56,870 nucleotides of DNA from Arenimonas sp. (GCA_043754555.1 JAYUUM010000032.1:1-56870), one strand, 5' to 3'; shown: positions 1 to 9,872, counted from the first letter of the stretch. The notes: generated from the sequence alone by a model not told the origin. A program made the numbers and translations.

Positions 1-81
1 GCCGGATAAGAATTCCTATTAGTCTGCCAGCTCATCGTCTTTTTCCAACCGGGTGTCGCACTTACTATGGCAATTCCCGGC

Positions 82-171
82 CTCTAACTACGCAATCAAG
101 GTGACCTCCGTGCGTATACTGCGTTCTTATTTCACATCCGGTGCGTCGGCACCTTATTTTGGTTGTTAGGT
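82..171 (+). repeat. attC site, 90-bp subtype
   Basis: ctctaac-tacgcaatcaaggtgac...gtcggcaccttattttggtt-gttaggt; imperfect palindrome repeated many times in the window. Confidence 0.92.
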
Positions 172-185
172 GCGGTGAGCAATAG

Positions 186-220
186 TTGCGCAAATGAATA
201 CATTGTATTACAGTGCATTC
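186..220 (+). promoter_or_regulatory. Sigma70-like promoter of the TA cassette with overlapping inverted-repeat operator
   Basis: TTGCGC (186-191), 17 bp, TACAGT (209-214); imperfect inverted repeat gaatacattgta-t-tacagtgcattc (196-220). Confidence 0.6.
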
Positions 221-240
221 TGGTCTACCGGAGCACTTCT

Positions 241-513
241 ATGTCCGTCACTACTGTTCGCCTACAACCTGATGTAGAAACTGGCCTCGATGCTATGGCA
301 GAAAAACTACATCGCAGCAAAAGCTGGCTTATTAATCAAGCGCTTAAAGAGTTTATCGATCGCCAAGAGCTCGATCAAATTCGCTGGAAAGAAACACTCC
401 AAGCCATGGAATCTGTCACACAGGGCAAGGTTGTTGCCGGCCATGAGGTTCACGATTGGTTGCGTTCCTGGGGTACTGACAAAGAATTAGGTCCGCCTAA
501 GGTCAAGCTGTGA
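241..513 (+). CDS. CopG/ribbon-helix-helix antitoxin
   Basis: N-terminal RHH pattern TTVRL...LDAMAEKLHRSKSWLINQAL; GGAG RBS before ATG 241; overlaps the toxin start (GTGA). Confidence 0.88.
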   Translation: MSVTTVRLQPDVETGLDAMAEKLHRSKSWLINQALKEFIDRQELDQIRWKETLQAMESVTQGKVVAGHEVHDWLRSWGTDKELGPPKVKL

Positions 514-788
514 GACTTGTTTATTCACAGGAAGCGGTTTCCGATTTAATTCGTTTACGTGAGTTCATAGCAGAAAAAGATCCTGGTGCCGCTGCACGAG
601 TTTCTTTGGAGTTAGTTACTCGCATCGACTACATATGCTCCTTTCCTAACATGGGAAAAGCAGTTGGCTTATCTCCGGAGCCACTCGACATTCGTGACTC
701 CATCTTTGGCAAATATGTAGTTCGCTACGTTGCACAAACAGACAGCATAATAATTTTACGAGTTTGGCATCATTACGAAAGTCGCTAG
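510..788 (+). CDS. RelE/ParE family type II toxin
   Basis: 92 aa with MRLVYSQEAVSDL...FPNMG...YVVRY...IIILRVWH pattern; coupled to the RHH gene. Confidence 0.88.
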   Translation: MRLVYSQEAVSDLIRLREFIAEKDPGAAARVSLELVTRIDYICSFPNMGKAVGLSPEPLDIRDSIFGKYVVRYVAQTDSIIILRVWHHYESR

Positions 789-794
789 CGCCGC

Positions 795-887
795 ACCTAA
801 CTACGCAATCAAGGGGACCTCCGTGGAAATATGGCATTCAAGCGAGTTATCATCCGGCGCGTCGGTCCCTTATTTTGGTTGTTAGCG
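795..887 (+). repeat. attC site, 93-bp subtype
   Basis: acctaac...gttagcg; ccgcacctaac is the reverse complement of the cassette start gttaggtgcgg (165-175). Confidence 0.92.
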
Positions 888-903
888 CGCCTGTTAAAAT
901 CAT

Positions 904-1575
904 ATGAACTCACAGAATATTCAATTTACTCTTATCCAAAATGCCATGGACTCAATTGAACAAGCAATTGAGCTTCTTGCATGGAAAGATATACCCAATG
1001 AAAGTTCTCGACTTAAACAAGCAATTATTTTAACGGCCCATGCGACCGACCTTCTTCTTAAGGAACGACTTCGTCGCATTCACCCTTCTCTGGTATGGGA
1101 AGATGTAGATAGATATCCGAAGCTCGACGCAAGAACTGTTGGCGTAAACAAGGCAATAAGCAGACTTAGCCAAATCGGGGGTATTTCACTTTCTGAGAAA
1201 GACAAGAAAATTGTTAAGTCGTTGCGGAATACGCGCAATGCTATTGAACACTTTGGCTGGCAAACAACGCGAATAGAAGCTAATGTAATTGTGGGACAAG
1301 GCTTAAGTTTTGCTATTGCTTTCGCAGCAGCAGAGCTAGAGACCGCAATTGACTACAGATACAAAGATGATGACACATGGTCTCAACTAATAAGTCAAAA
1401 CAGCGCCTTTGCTTCTGCTCACGCACAAAGGCTCGCGCAAAGTTTAGCTTCATCGGGCAAGTCTGTTGAAGAATGTAGTTTCTGCAATGCTATGGCAAAA
1501 GATATCGCTACTGGCGCTTGCTCACTATGTGGTCATTGGGAGCCAACGGGGGAGTATGAAGATGCACCGTTCTAG
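904..1575 (+). CDS. Cassette protein, HEPN-like helical domain with C-terminal Zn-ribbon
   Basis: RNAIEH fits the HEPN RxxxxH motif; C-terminal CSFC...CSLC pairs. Confidence 0.6.
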   Translation: MNSQNIQFTLIQNAMDSIEQAIELLAWKDIPNESSRLKQAIILTAHATDLLLKERLRRIHPSLVWEDVDRYPKLDARTVGVNKAISRLSQIGGISLSEKDKKIVKSLRNTRNAIEHFGWQTTRIEANVIVGQGLSFAIAFAAAELETAIDYRYKDDDTWSQLISQNSAFASAHAQRLAQSLASSGKSVEECSFCNAMAKDIATGACSLCGHWEPTGEYEDAPF

Positions 1576-1578
1576 GCG

Positions 1579-1668
1579 CTCTAACTACGCAATCAAGGTG
1601 ACATCCGTAAAAAAGTTGGTTTCAAGTTTTGCATCCGGTGCGTCGGCACCTTATTTTGGTTGTTAGGG
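1579..1668 (+). repeat. attC site, 90-bp subtype
   Basis: ctctaac...gttaggg; ggcgctctaac pairs with cassette start gttagcgcgcc with 1 mismatch. Confidence 0.92.
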
Positions 1669-1671
1669 CCA

Positions 1672-2049
1672 GTGAAACATCTTTGTGCTAATTGCGGACA
1701 GATCACCATCTCTCCCCTTAAAAAATTCTGGGCGTCACCAGTATTTCCGAGTTCATGTCCAAGCTGTGGCGGGCTTAACGTCTCGTCTCACTTGAGTGAC
1801 ACTTTGTACATGATGGTGCCTCCCTTAGTTGTTCTGGCTGGCGCTCTTGGCTTTTGGCTAACCCAATCCATGGTTCCAATTGGATTAGTCATGATTTCAG
1901 TGCCCATTTGTCTTTATGTCATTCACGTCAAGACTACCTTGGTAGCAGCAACTCGTGAATCCGTGAGAACCAGTCGCATTGTGGCAGTTGCGCTTTGCTT
2001 CCTGGCATTATCTGTAGCATTAGCTTTTAAGTATTTTTATCGCACTTAG
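1672..2049 (+). CDS. Cassette membrane protein with N-terminal CxxC-CxxC zinc ribbon
   Basis: GTG just after the attC; CANC...CPSC followed by about three hydrophobic helices; no attC follows. Confidence 0.7.
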   Translation: MKHLCANCGQITISPLKKFWASPVFPSSCPSCGGLNVSSHLSDTLYMMVPPLVVLAGALGFWLTQSMVPIGLVMISVPICLYVIHVKTTLVAATRESVRTSRIVAVALCFLALSVALAFKYFYRT

Positions 2050-2393
2050 CGGGCTTCCCAGAAAAGCGGTGAATTCAACCACCAAGTGCGACAGTCAGCT
2101 GCACTCGAGTAGTCTTTGTAATGTGTGTCATATCCATAGCGTTTCTTTAATCGTGTGTTGAGCTTTTGTGCAATCGCGTTGCACTGTTTTTGTCTCAGCA
2201 CCGCGACAGCGCTTTAGCCAGATTTGTCGTTATTTTTATTGTCTATACCGGTTGCCAACCTACTACTTAATAGACGGATTACTGTGTGAGCACTGTTTCA
2301 AAGTTTTGCAACATTTCAGTATCAGGCTATTGAGCGATCTGTGTTATTACGACCCACAAACGGATCGGTGAATTTACTGCAAAGAAGGCGCTT

Positions 2394-3374
2394 ATGATCA
2401 AAGAACAAAGAACGAAACGGGGTATCTTCTGGGGCGTACGCGTTTTGGCCAGTATGCTAATAGTGGCATCAACTGCTTGTGGATTCGGAAACTCTAACTC
2501 GCCTAGTACGTCAGTCCCGATAGAGCCTTCACTACGATACTTTGGGTATGCGTTGGTAGACTGCGGGTCTGATGATCCTCTCGATGCGTCGACGCAAACA
2601 AATTACTTAACCGAAGTCGCATCGTTTACCAACATCGCGCAAATGTGCGTGTTTGATCCCAACGAAAATATTACCGATAGACTTCAGTTAATGTCTCAAC
2701 GTGGCCTGAAGGCATTTTTGGCGATACAGGCGATTTTTTTCGTCGGAACTCCCGATGCCACCCAAGGTGGCGGTATGAACTTTAATATTCATCCTCAGTA
2801 CCAAGCGCGGTGGAATAATTTTGTTAAAAACAATAATCTCCTCCAAAACCATTCCAACATTGCGGCGTTCTATATTGTGGACGAACCTGTTTGGAATGGG
2901 GTTTCATTCTCAGAACTAAAGATAGCCACAGACGCTGTCAAGGCGACTTTCCCGTCTATCCCCACCGCTATTGTCGAAGCTCCCGCGGGTATTGGAAACC
3001 TTCAAGTGCCCACATCCATTGATTGGATTGGCTTCGATCACTACGCCATACCGAGGCCGGATACGGATCCAACATTTAGAAAAGAGCTTGCACTGTTGAA
3101 GTCAAAACGTTCTCGGGTTTCGCAAAGAATCGTACTGGTGATGGATGCGCAGTGGCTTCCTTTTTATGGGGATGCGGGGTATGCCGAAACCTATATGGCA
3201 ACGGTAGCGACAAGCTATTACACATTAGCCCAGTCCGACCCAGAAATTATTGGAATTGTCGGATATTTGTGGCCCGGTGGCCTGGATGATCCGCGCCAAA
3301 AAGGCGCGCGCAACTTACCTAAAAACGTTATTGATGAACACATGCGTATTGGTAAATTAATAACCGGAAAATAA
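2394..3374 (+). CDS. Predicted lipoprotein with glycoside-hydrolase-like (TIM barrel) domain
   Basis: Basic N-region, hydrophobic stretch and STAC lipobox; FYIVDEP and DWIGFDHY resemble clan GH-A strand ends. Confidence 0.55.
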   Translation: MIKEQRTKRGIFWGVRVLASMLIVASTACGFGNSNSPSTSVPIEPSLRYFGYALVDCGSDDPLDASTQTNYLTEVASFTNIAQMCVFDPNENITDRLQLMSQRGLKAFLAIQAIFFVGTPDATQGGGMNFNIHPQYQARWNNFVKNNNLLQNHSNIAAFYIVDEPVWNGVSFSELKIATDAVKATFPSIPTAIVEAPAGIGNLQVPTSIDWIGFDHYAIPRPDTDPTFRKELALLKSKRSRVSQRIVLVMDAQWLPFYGDAGYAETYMATVATSYYTLAQSDPEIIGIVGYLWPGGLDDPRQKGARNLPKNVIDEHMRIGKLITGK

Positions 3375-4026
3375 TTACCGAGCAGCATAATTGCTTGATA
3401 TCTGAGTGCGCGCATGACAACTAACGTGTTAGTTTTTAGCTATGAGTCTCTTGAACTGCTAGGCAATTATATTTTTCTTACTTTTAACTTTGTCTATGCT
3501 AGTTTCATGGCAATGTGGTGAAACTTCTGACTACATTGGTGGCGAAGTATGAAGCGGTGCAGATGGTGGCGCTAAATCACCAGCGCGAGTACTGGCTTCT
3601 GCTATCTAATCAAGGGAACCTTCATCCCGATGAAAAAAGTTTGAAGGAACTCTTCTGTAGCTAATTATTCTTTCCAGTACTGCTATGAAAAACCGAAAAT
3701 GAAGGCCTTAACATCTTAGGGAATGCATTTTCTGTGACATGCTAAGGCTGATGATTTATATTTTATTAATTGCGCTAAGAACCATACGACCTTAATGTAT
3801 GTCTCCTCCGAAAAGTAACGCTGTCGCCGTCAAGCTTTGCTCGCTAAGCAGCATTCAGGTTTTCATATTTAGTCGATGCTTTGTCAAGCAGAAAAATTTC
3901 TCTGAATTGTATGGCTGCTTGATAAATCAGCGGGCTGATCTATTAACGAAGGCGCCTCTTTGTTTCGCGGTGGGCTCGGGCTGATGCCAATAAAGCGTAA
4001 ATTCTCTACATATATTAGGATACGCC

Positions 4027-6756
4027 ATGAGCAAGAATACTCCCCGCGTTGAAGACCCTCCGCTGCGATCGCTTGAATCACCGGCAACGGATTTATTATT
4101 GCGCGAGGATGTAAAACAACTTGGTGCTCTGGTTGGCGAAATACTTGCCGAGCAAGAGAGTCCGGGTTTTCTGGCACAGGTCGAAGCGATTCGAGTGGCC
4201 GCGATTCAGAGGCGTGAGAATCATCAAACCACTGATTCGCTGGCAAGTAATTTATCCGGGCTTACGCTTGAAAAAGCCGAAGGCCTGGTACGCGCTTTTG
4301 CGCTTTGGTTTCAGGCGGTGAATCTAGCCGAACGTGTTCATCGCATTCGTCGCAGACGCGATTATCAAAAATCCGGTGCGGCTTCTCAGCCCGGTAGCTT
4401 GGCCGCTATCATCAAGCAATTAAAAATAGATGGCGTCTCCTTAAATGAATTGCTTGCTGTACTTCAGCGCTTGCATATTGAACCGGTATTTACTGCGCAT
4501 CCGACTGAAGCAATTCGCCGTGCATTATTGGATAAGGAAAGCGATGTTGTCCGTCGGTTGATTGAAGATATTGATCGTGCATTAACACCGGACGAGCGCC
4601 GTAAAGGCCGCGAACGTATTCGCGTATCACTAACATCGGCCTGGCAAACCAGCGAAATGCCGAGTGAAAAACCCAGTGTGCGCGATGAAATGGAACATGT
4701 CGGTTTTTATCTTTCCGAAGTGCTTTATCGGGTACTGCCGACCTTTCAGGAAGCTGTCGAAGAAGCTGTCACGATGGCTTATGGTGAATGTCCACCGCTT
4801 CCGAATGTGTTGCGCTTTTCGACCTGGGTTGGCGGTGATATGGATGGCAATCCAAACGTCGGAGCCACAACGATTCTTGATACCCTGAACGCACAACGCG
4901 AAATGGTATTGAATGCATATCGTCGAGATGTGACCGGATTGCGTACCGTGCTAACGCAATCGACAGGGCGCATTGGTGTTGATGATCTGGTCTTGAAACG
5001 GATTGAATACTATCGCCAGTTGCTTCCGCATATTTCATCGATACACGCAGAACGTCGGGCCGATATGCCCTACGGTGAATTGCTGAATTTAATTGCGACA
5101 CGTTTGAACGAAACCGCTCGTAATGATTCCGCCACTTACCTCAATGCTGAAGAATTTGCCGCCGATCTGACCTTGATTGATACCAGTTTAACCCGGCATC
5201 GCGGCGAGCATGCCGGCCGTTTCGGCTTGGGCAGAATTATTCGGCGCGTGCAATGTTTTGGTTTCCATCTGGCCGCACTGGATTTACGTCAGGATTCAGC
5301 CGTACACGATTCCGCATTATCGGAATTAACATCACAGCCCGATTTTGCACAACAAACGCCAGGGCAGCGCATCCCGACATTGCATGGCTTGATTCGTGGC
5401 GAGAATACGAGCAAAGAAACCGTCATCGCAAAACCGGTGCTCGATGTTTTCCGTGCTTTGCATGAAGGTCGCGTACGTTTCGGATCACAGGCATTTGGTC
5501 CTTACATTGTTAGCATGAGTCGCAGTGCCGCCGATGCCTTGGCTGTGCTCGCACTGGCGCATGTGGCCGGTTTCCATCAAGGTGATGGACATGTTGCACT
5601 CGATGTTGCTCCCTTGTTTGAAACCGTTGCCGATCTTGAAGCGGCAGAATCCAGCTTACGCTCGTTATTCTCCGATCCGGTTTACTGCGAACATTTACAG
5701 CAGCGCGGCCAGACCCAAATGGTGATGCTGGGTTATTCCGACAGCGCAAAAGATGGCGGCATTCTCGCCTCGCGATGGGCCTTGCAACGCACGCAAGTTA
5801 CACTGACAGCGCTCGCACAGGAAAGCGGAATTCGCATCGTATTTTTTCATGGCCGCGGCGGATCTGCCAGTCGCGGCGGTGGTAAAACCGAACGCGCAGT
5901 GATGGCATCGCCACGCGGCTCAGTTGATGGCTATTTGCGTTTGACCGAACAAGGCGAGGTCATTCATCGCAAATACGGCGTACGTGCGCTGGCCGAAAGA
6001 AATCTGGAACAAATGACTGGCGCAGTATTGCGCGCCACCCTGAGGCCGCGGCCGATCGAAATGCGTGAAACAAAGTGGCGCGAACTAGCCACGCAAATGG
6101 CGGATGATGCCCGTAAACATTATCGTGCTTTGGTCCATGACGATCCCGGTTTTGCCGAATACTTTAGGGCGGCCACACCCATTGATGTAATCGAGCGTTT
6201 GCGAATTGGTTCGCGCCCCTCGCGTCGTGGTGGCAGGGGCGGTGTTGAAAGTTTGCGCGCAATTCCATGGGTGTTTTCCTGGAGTCAGAATCGTTCCGGT
6301 CTGACTGGCTGGTATGGCGTCGGGACTGCATTGACGACTGCGATTGAACAGCACGGACATGCCAGTATTTCAGAGATGGCAAATGACTGGCCATTCTTTG
6401 CGACTTTGCTCGATGACATTGAAATGGTGTTGGCAAAATCGGATATGGCGATCTTCGAACGCTATTCTTTATTGGCAGGTGATGCTCACAATCATTATTT
6501 TGAAATAATTCACAACGAATTTAATCGCTGTAAAAATTCTATTCTAGAAATTAAAAGCCAGACTAATCTTTTGCAACGCGATCAGCGGCTCGCACAAAGC
6601 ATTCGTTTACGTAACCCTTATGTCGATCCAATCAGTTTGTTGCAAGTCGATTTGCTCGCTCGCTGGCGTGCCGCAGACCGACCCGAGGATGCCTTGTTCC
6701 AAGCCTTGGTTGCCACGGTAAATGGCATTGCGGCTGGCGTGCAGAACACCGGCTAA
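4027..6756 (+). CDS. ppc: Phosphoenolpyruvate carboxylase
   Basis: 909 aa; VFTAHPTE, WVGGDMDGNP, VMLGYSDSAKDGG, FHGRGG, LRAIPW and terminal QNTG motifs. Confidence 0.97.
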   Translation: MSKNTPRVEDPPLRSLESPATDLLLREDVKQLGALVGEILAEQESPGFLAQVEAIRVAAIQRRENHQTTDSLASNLSGLTLEKAEGLVRAFALWFQAVNLAERVHRIRRRRDYQKSGAASQPGSLAAIIKQLKIDGVSLNELLAVLQRLHIEPVFTAHPTEAIRRALLDKESDVVRRLIEDIDRALTPDERRKGRERIRVSLTSAWQTSEMPSEKPSVRDEMEHVGFYLSEVLYRVLPTFQEAVEEAVTMAYGECPPLPNVLRFSTWVGGDMDGNPNVGATTILDTLNAQREMVLNAYRRDVTGLRTVLTQSTGRIGVDDLVLKRIEYYRQLLPHISSIHAERRADMPYGELLNLIATRLNETARNDSATYLNAEEFAADLTLIDTSLTRHRGEHAGRFGLGRIIRRVQCFGFHLAALDLRQDSAVHDSALSELTSQPDFAQQTPGQRIPTLHGLIRGENTSKETVIAKPVLDVFRALHEGRVRFGSQAFGPYIVSMSRSAADALAVLALAHVAGFHQGDGHVALDVAPLFETVADLEAAESSLRSLFSDPVYCEHLQQRGQTQMVMLGYSDSAKDGGILASRWALQRTQVTLTALAQESGIRIVFFHGRGGSASRGGGKTERAVMASPRGSVDGYLRLTEQGEVIHRKYGVRALAERNLEQMTGAVLRATLRPRPIEMRETKWRELATQMADDARKHYRALVHDDPGFAEYFRAATPIDVIERLRIGSRPSRRGGRGGVESLRAIPWVFSWSQNRSGLTGWYGVGTALTTAIEQHGHASISEMANDWPFFATLLDDIEMVLAKSDMAIFERYSLLAGDAHNHYFEIIHNEFNRCKNSILEIKSQTNLLQRDQRLAQSIRLRNPYVDPISLLQVDLLARWRAADRPEDALFQALVATVNGIAAGVQNTG

Positions 6757-6853
6757 CGTAGGGTGGACCGCGCTCGCTCTTGACGATTCCACCATTCATA
6801 CGACTTCGTTTAGCTCGGTGGATACCACATAAAGGGGGTACCCACCCTACGTT
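6755..6853. repeat. GTAG-family REP doublet (REPIN-like) between convergent ppc and selU
   Basis: Terminal inverted repeat AACGTAGGGTGG...CCACCCTACGTT with internal tccacc/ggtgga arms. Confidence 0.75.
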
Positions 6854-7896
6854 AATAACAATTGCATGGCCATCTTTTCAACCGTGTTTGCATCGAAATC
6901 GACTACCTCAATCGTTTGCGCGGCGGCGAAGTGTCCGGCCCGCATTTTTGCCGAGCGCAAATACGACTGGTCGTAATGTTGTTCCAATAATTGCTCGACT
7001 AGTGTGGGCCATTGGCCTTGCTCGGCAAGAGCTTGCCAACGATTGACCGTTTCGCGCCCACGCACTGATAGCAGGTGTTCCAATAGTGCTTTAATTAACG
7101 CGGGGTCGGCAAGAAAATGTTGATAGGTTTCAATCAATAATTTCACTCTTGCATCCAATGGCGCTTCAACGTTGATCAGTTGGCCTTTGCTCTGCATTGC
7201 CGCGGCAAATGTCATCGGCAAACTAACCGAACCGATTTTACGGCTTTCCGCTTCAACGAAAACCAGTTTGTCTGCATGGAATGATTGCAGCTTTTGCCAA
7301 AGCAAGGTTTCGAATCTTTTCTGGCTTGGTTGTGTCTGTCCTGGTACGGCACCCAACACGGAACCACGATGCTCGGCCAGTTTTTCCAGATCGAGCACTT
7401 GCGCTTGCACGGAGTCGAGCGCTTCGAGCAATAGGGTTTTTCCGCTACCGGTTTTTCCACACAAAACGACATAGCGAAACTGTGTCGATAATGTTTCTAG
7501 TTCGGCTACTACGAGACGACGAAAGGCCTGATAGCCGCCATGTAATTGCACTGCCGACCAGCCGACTTGTCGCAAAATATGCACCATCGCGCCGGAGCGC
7601 ATACCACCACGCCAGCAATAGATGAGTGGTTGCCAATCTTTCGCTTTGCCTTCGAACTCTCTTTCAAGATGCTGTGCGATATTGCGTGAAATAAATTGTG
7701 CGCCACGTTGGCGGGCGGCAAACGGGGACGCCTGTTTATGGAGCGAGCCGACGATGACGCGTTCCTCGTTGCTCAAGACTGGACAGTTGATTGCACCAGG
7801 TAAATGATCGAGTGCAAATTCCGCCGGCGTGCGTACATCGATGATCACATCGAACTGTGCAAGCTCGTTGACATTGGCGACCGCATTTCTTCCCAT
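6847..7896 (-). CDS. selU: tRNA 2-selenouridine synthase (SelU/MnmH)
   Basis: Rhodanese domain (IIDVRTPAEF, YCWRGGMRS) plus P-loop GKTGSGKT and HRGS; adjacent to selD. Start set at ATG 7896. Confidence 0.94.
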   Translation of the reverse strand: MGRNAVANVNELAQFDVIIDVRTPAEFALDHLPGAINCPVLSNEERVIVGSLHKQASPFAARQRGAQFISRNIAQHLEREFEGKAKDWQPLIYCWRGGMRSGAMVHILRQVGWSAVQLHGGYQAFRRLVVAELETLSTQFRYVVLCGKTGSGKTLLLEALDSVQAQVLDLEKLAEHRGSVLGAVPGQTQPSQKRFETLLWQKLQSFHADKLVFVEAESRKIGSVSLPMTFAAAMQSKGQLINVEAPLDARVKLLIETYQHFLADPALIKALLEHLLSVRGRETVNRWQALAEQGQWPTLVEQLLEQHYDQSYLRSAKMRAGHFAAAQTIEVVDFDANTVEKMAMQLLLT

Positions 7897-7974
7897 GAAC
7901 GCTCTCGTGTAACTCTTGTGGCAAACTGTGATGCACGCCAGCCTACCAGATTCAATTATCACGAGCCTATCGCT

Positions 7975-9018
7975 ATGGAAAATCCAATTCGCTTAACCAC
8001 CTATAGTCACGGCGGCGGTTGCGGCTGCAAAATTTCGCCGGCAATTTTGTCGCAGATTCTTTCCGATATTCCATTGCGAATGATGCCCAAGGAATTACTG
8101 GTTGGCATCGAGTCCAGCGACGATGCCGCGGTCTATCAATTAAACGAACATCAGGCCGTGATCGCGACCACTGATTTTTTTACGTCAATTGTTGATGACC
8201 CGTTTCATTTTGGCCAAATTGCCGCAACCAATGCCTTGTCGGACGTTTATGCGATGGGCGGCCAACCGATTTTTGCGCTCGCTATTGTCGGCATGCCGCT
8301 GGATAAATTGCCGATCGAAGCAATTCAGCAAATCATTGCCGGTGGTGATTCGATCTGTGGAAAAGCCGGCATTCCGATTGCCGGTGGCCATTCGATTGAT
8401 ACGCTGGAACCGATTTATGGCCTAGTCGCGATTGGTCTGGTGCATCCGGATAATGTGAAGCGCAATAATCAGGCAAAAGCCGGTGATGTTCTGATTCTCG
8501 GCAAACCGCTCGGTGTCGGCATACTATCGGCGGCCTTGAAAAAAGGTCGACTCAATGCCGATGGTTATGCACAGATGCTGGCCATTACCACACAGCTCAA
8601 TACACCCGGCACAAAGCTCGCGACTATGTCCGCTGTACACGCAATGACCGATGTCACCGGCTTTGGATTGGCCGGTCATCTGCTTGAAATTTGTCGTGGC
8701 TCGCAGGTGACGGCCAAAATCAATTTTAATGATTTGCCGATCCTGCAAACTGCCCGCGATTTTGCCGAGGATGCCATCCTGACCGGCGCATCGAATCGCA
8801 ATTGGTCGAGCTACGACGAAGAAGTAAAATTAAGCGACGATTTTCCAGTCTGGCAAAGGCATCTGCTGACCGACCCGCAAACCAGTGGCGGCTTATTGGT
8901 TGCCTGTTCGCCCGATAGCGTGAAAGAAGTGCTGGCAGTATTCCATCAGCAAGGTTTCGCCGACGCACAGGTCATCGGCGAATTGGTCGAAGGTGCAGCA
9001 GAATTATGGGTTGGTTGA
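7975..9018 (+). CDS. selD: Selenide, water dikinase (selenophosphate synthetase), Cys form
   Basis: IRLTTYSHGGGCGCK, DDAAVY, TTDFF, TDVTGFGL and DPQTSGGLL motifs. Confidence 0.96.
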   Translation: MENPIRLTTYSHGGGCGCKISPAILSQILSDIPLRMMPKELLVGIESSDDAAVYQLNEHQAVIATTDFFTSIVDDPFHFGQIAATNALSDVYAMGGQPIFALAIVGMPLDKLPIEAIQQIIAGGDSICGKAGIPIAGGHSIDTLEPIYGLVAIGLVHPDNVKRNNQAKAGDVLILGKPLGVGILSAALKKGRLNADGYAQMLAITTQLNTPGTKLATMSAVHAMTDVTGFGLAGHLLEICRGSQVTAKINFNDLPILQTARDFAEDAILTGASNRNWSSYDEEVKLSDDFPVWQRHLLTDPQTSGGLLVACSPDSVKEVLAVFHQQGFADAQVIGELVEGAAELWVG

Positions 9019-9024
9019 ATTGCA

Positions 9025-9164
9025 GTAGGGTGGCGTCGAAAAAAGCTCCTGTATTTGACCAGTCATCCGTCTGTTAAAAGCCGACACACCCCCGTTCATT
9101 ACGATCGCAGGCCCACCTTCGAACTCTTCGATTTGCTGAGCATGTTGGGCCATGCCCACCCTAC
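9025..9164. repeat. Second GTAG-family REP element
   Basis: GTAGGGTGG (9025)...CCACCCTAC (9164), the same termini as 6755-6853, between convergent genes. Confidence 0.65.
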
Positions 9165-9212
9165 GTCTATCGCTGGCTTTCCCGGTGAAGCATGACTCAG
9201 GTCTGCGTTTCT

Positions 9213-9818
9213 TCAGCCCCAGATACGTTGGTATATGCCGGTGGCTTCAATTACACCGAGCGCTGCGAAATAGCTGGCCCCGTACAAAAGTACGGATGGA
9301 AAATTCACCCACTCGGCAGCGTTTTGCGGCATATCAAATATTCTGCCGATCAGGCCGAACGCCATAAGCACGATGAACCAGCGCGCGCCGATTTCACATG
9401 CGATGCCAACCTGCGCCGACTTAGTGCCCCACAGCAGACCGGAATAGGTACAGAGCGTCAGTGCGGCGAGTTCCAGCACACCAATCCAGCCCATGATCGC
9501 GTAGCCGAACTTCAGATAGAACACGCTTAGCAGTGCGACGGCAAGCCAGCATATGCCACGCCAGAAGGCATGCTTCGGCCAAAACAAGATAAACACGCCA
9601 AGGAACAGGCCGGAATGGATCGCGAGAAATTCCATCTGCATTAGTTTGCCGAAAGTGGTGTACTGCGAGACACCGCCCCGAAGATGCGCGGCGGCGAATC
9701 CTGCTGCGGTAAATAATTGAATCGCGGCCGGCAACCAGACGCTCAGATCTAAAGATCGGGCTTTTGGCGCGTTAGGAGCGACGCCATTAACTTCCGGGTT
9801 TTCATTCGGGGAGGACAT
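9213..9818 (-). CDS. Hypothetical integral membrane protein
   Basis: 201 aa with about six hydrophobic segments; no family recognised. Confidence 0.75.
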   Translation of the reverse strand: MSSPNENPEVNGVAPNAPKARSLDLSVWLPAAIQLFTAAGFAAAHLRGGVSQYTTFGKLMQMEFLAIHSGLFLGVFILFWPKHAFWRGICWLAVALLSVFYLKFGYAIMGWIGVLELAALTLCTYSGLLWGTKSAQVGIACEIGARWFIVLMAFGLIGRIFDMPQNAAEWVNFPSVLLYGASYFAALGVIEATGIYQRIWG

Positions 9819-9872
9819 CGGTCGAGAGTATGAGCTTCCAGGTCATATGAAACCATGACCCGGCATACGAAT

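Larger units (their letters stand above)
82..2049 (+). mobile_element. Integron gene-cassette array 1 (attC cluster, no integrase in window; may continue left of window)
   Basis: Three related attC sites separate co-oriented ORFs; the start GTTRRRY of cassettes 1 and 2 is complementary to their own terminal RYYYAAC. Confidence 0.9.

Noticed and set aside
7975-8030. Selenocysteine in SelD
   Set aside because: The active-site codons are TGC (GCGCK) and there is no in-frame TGA.
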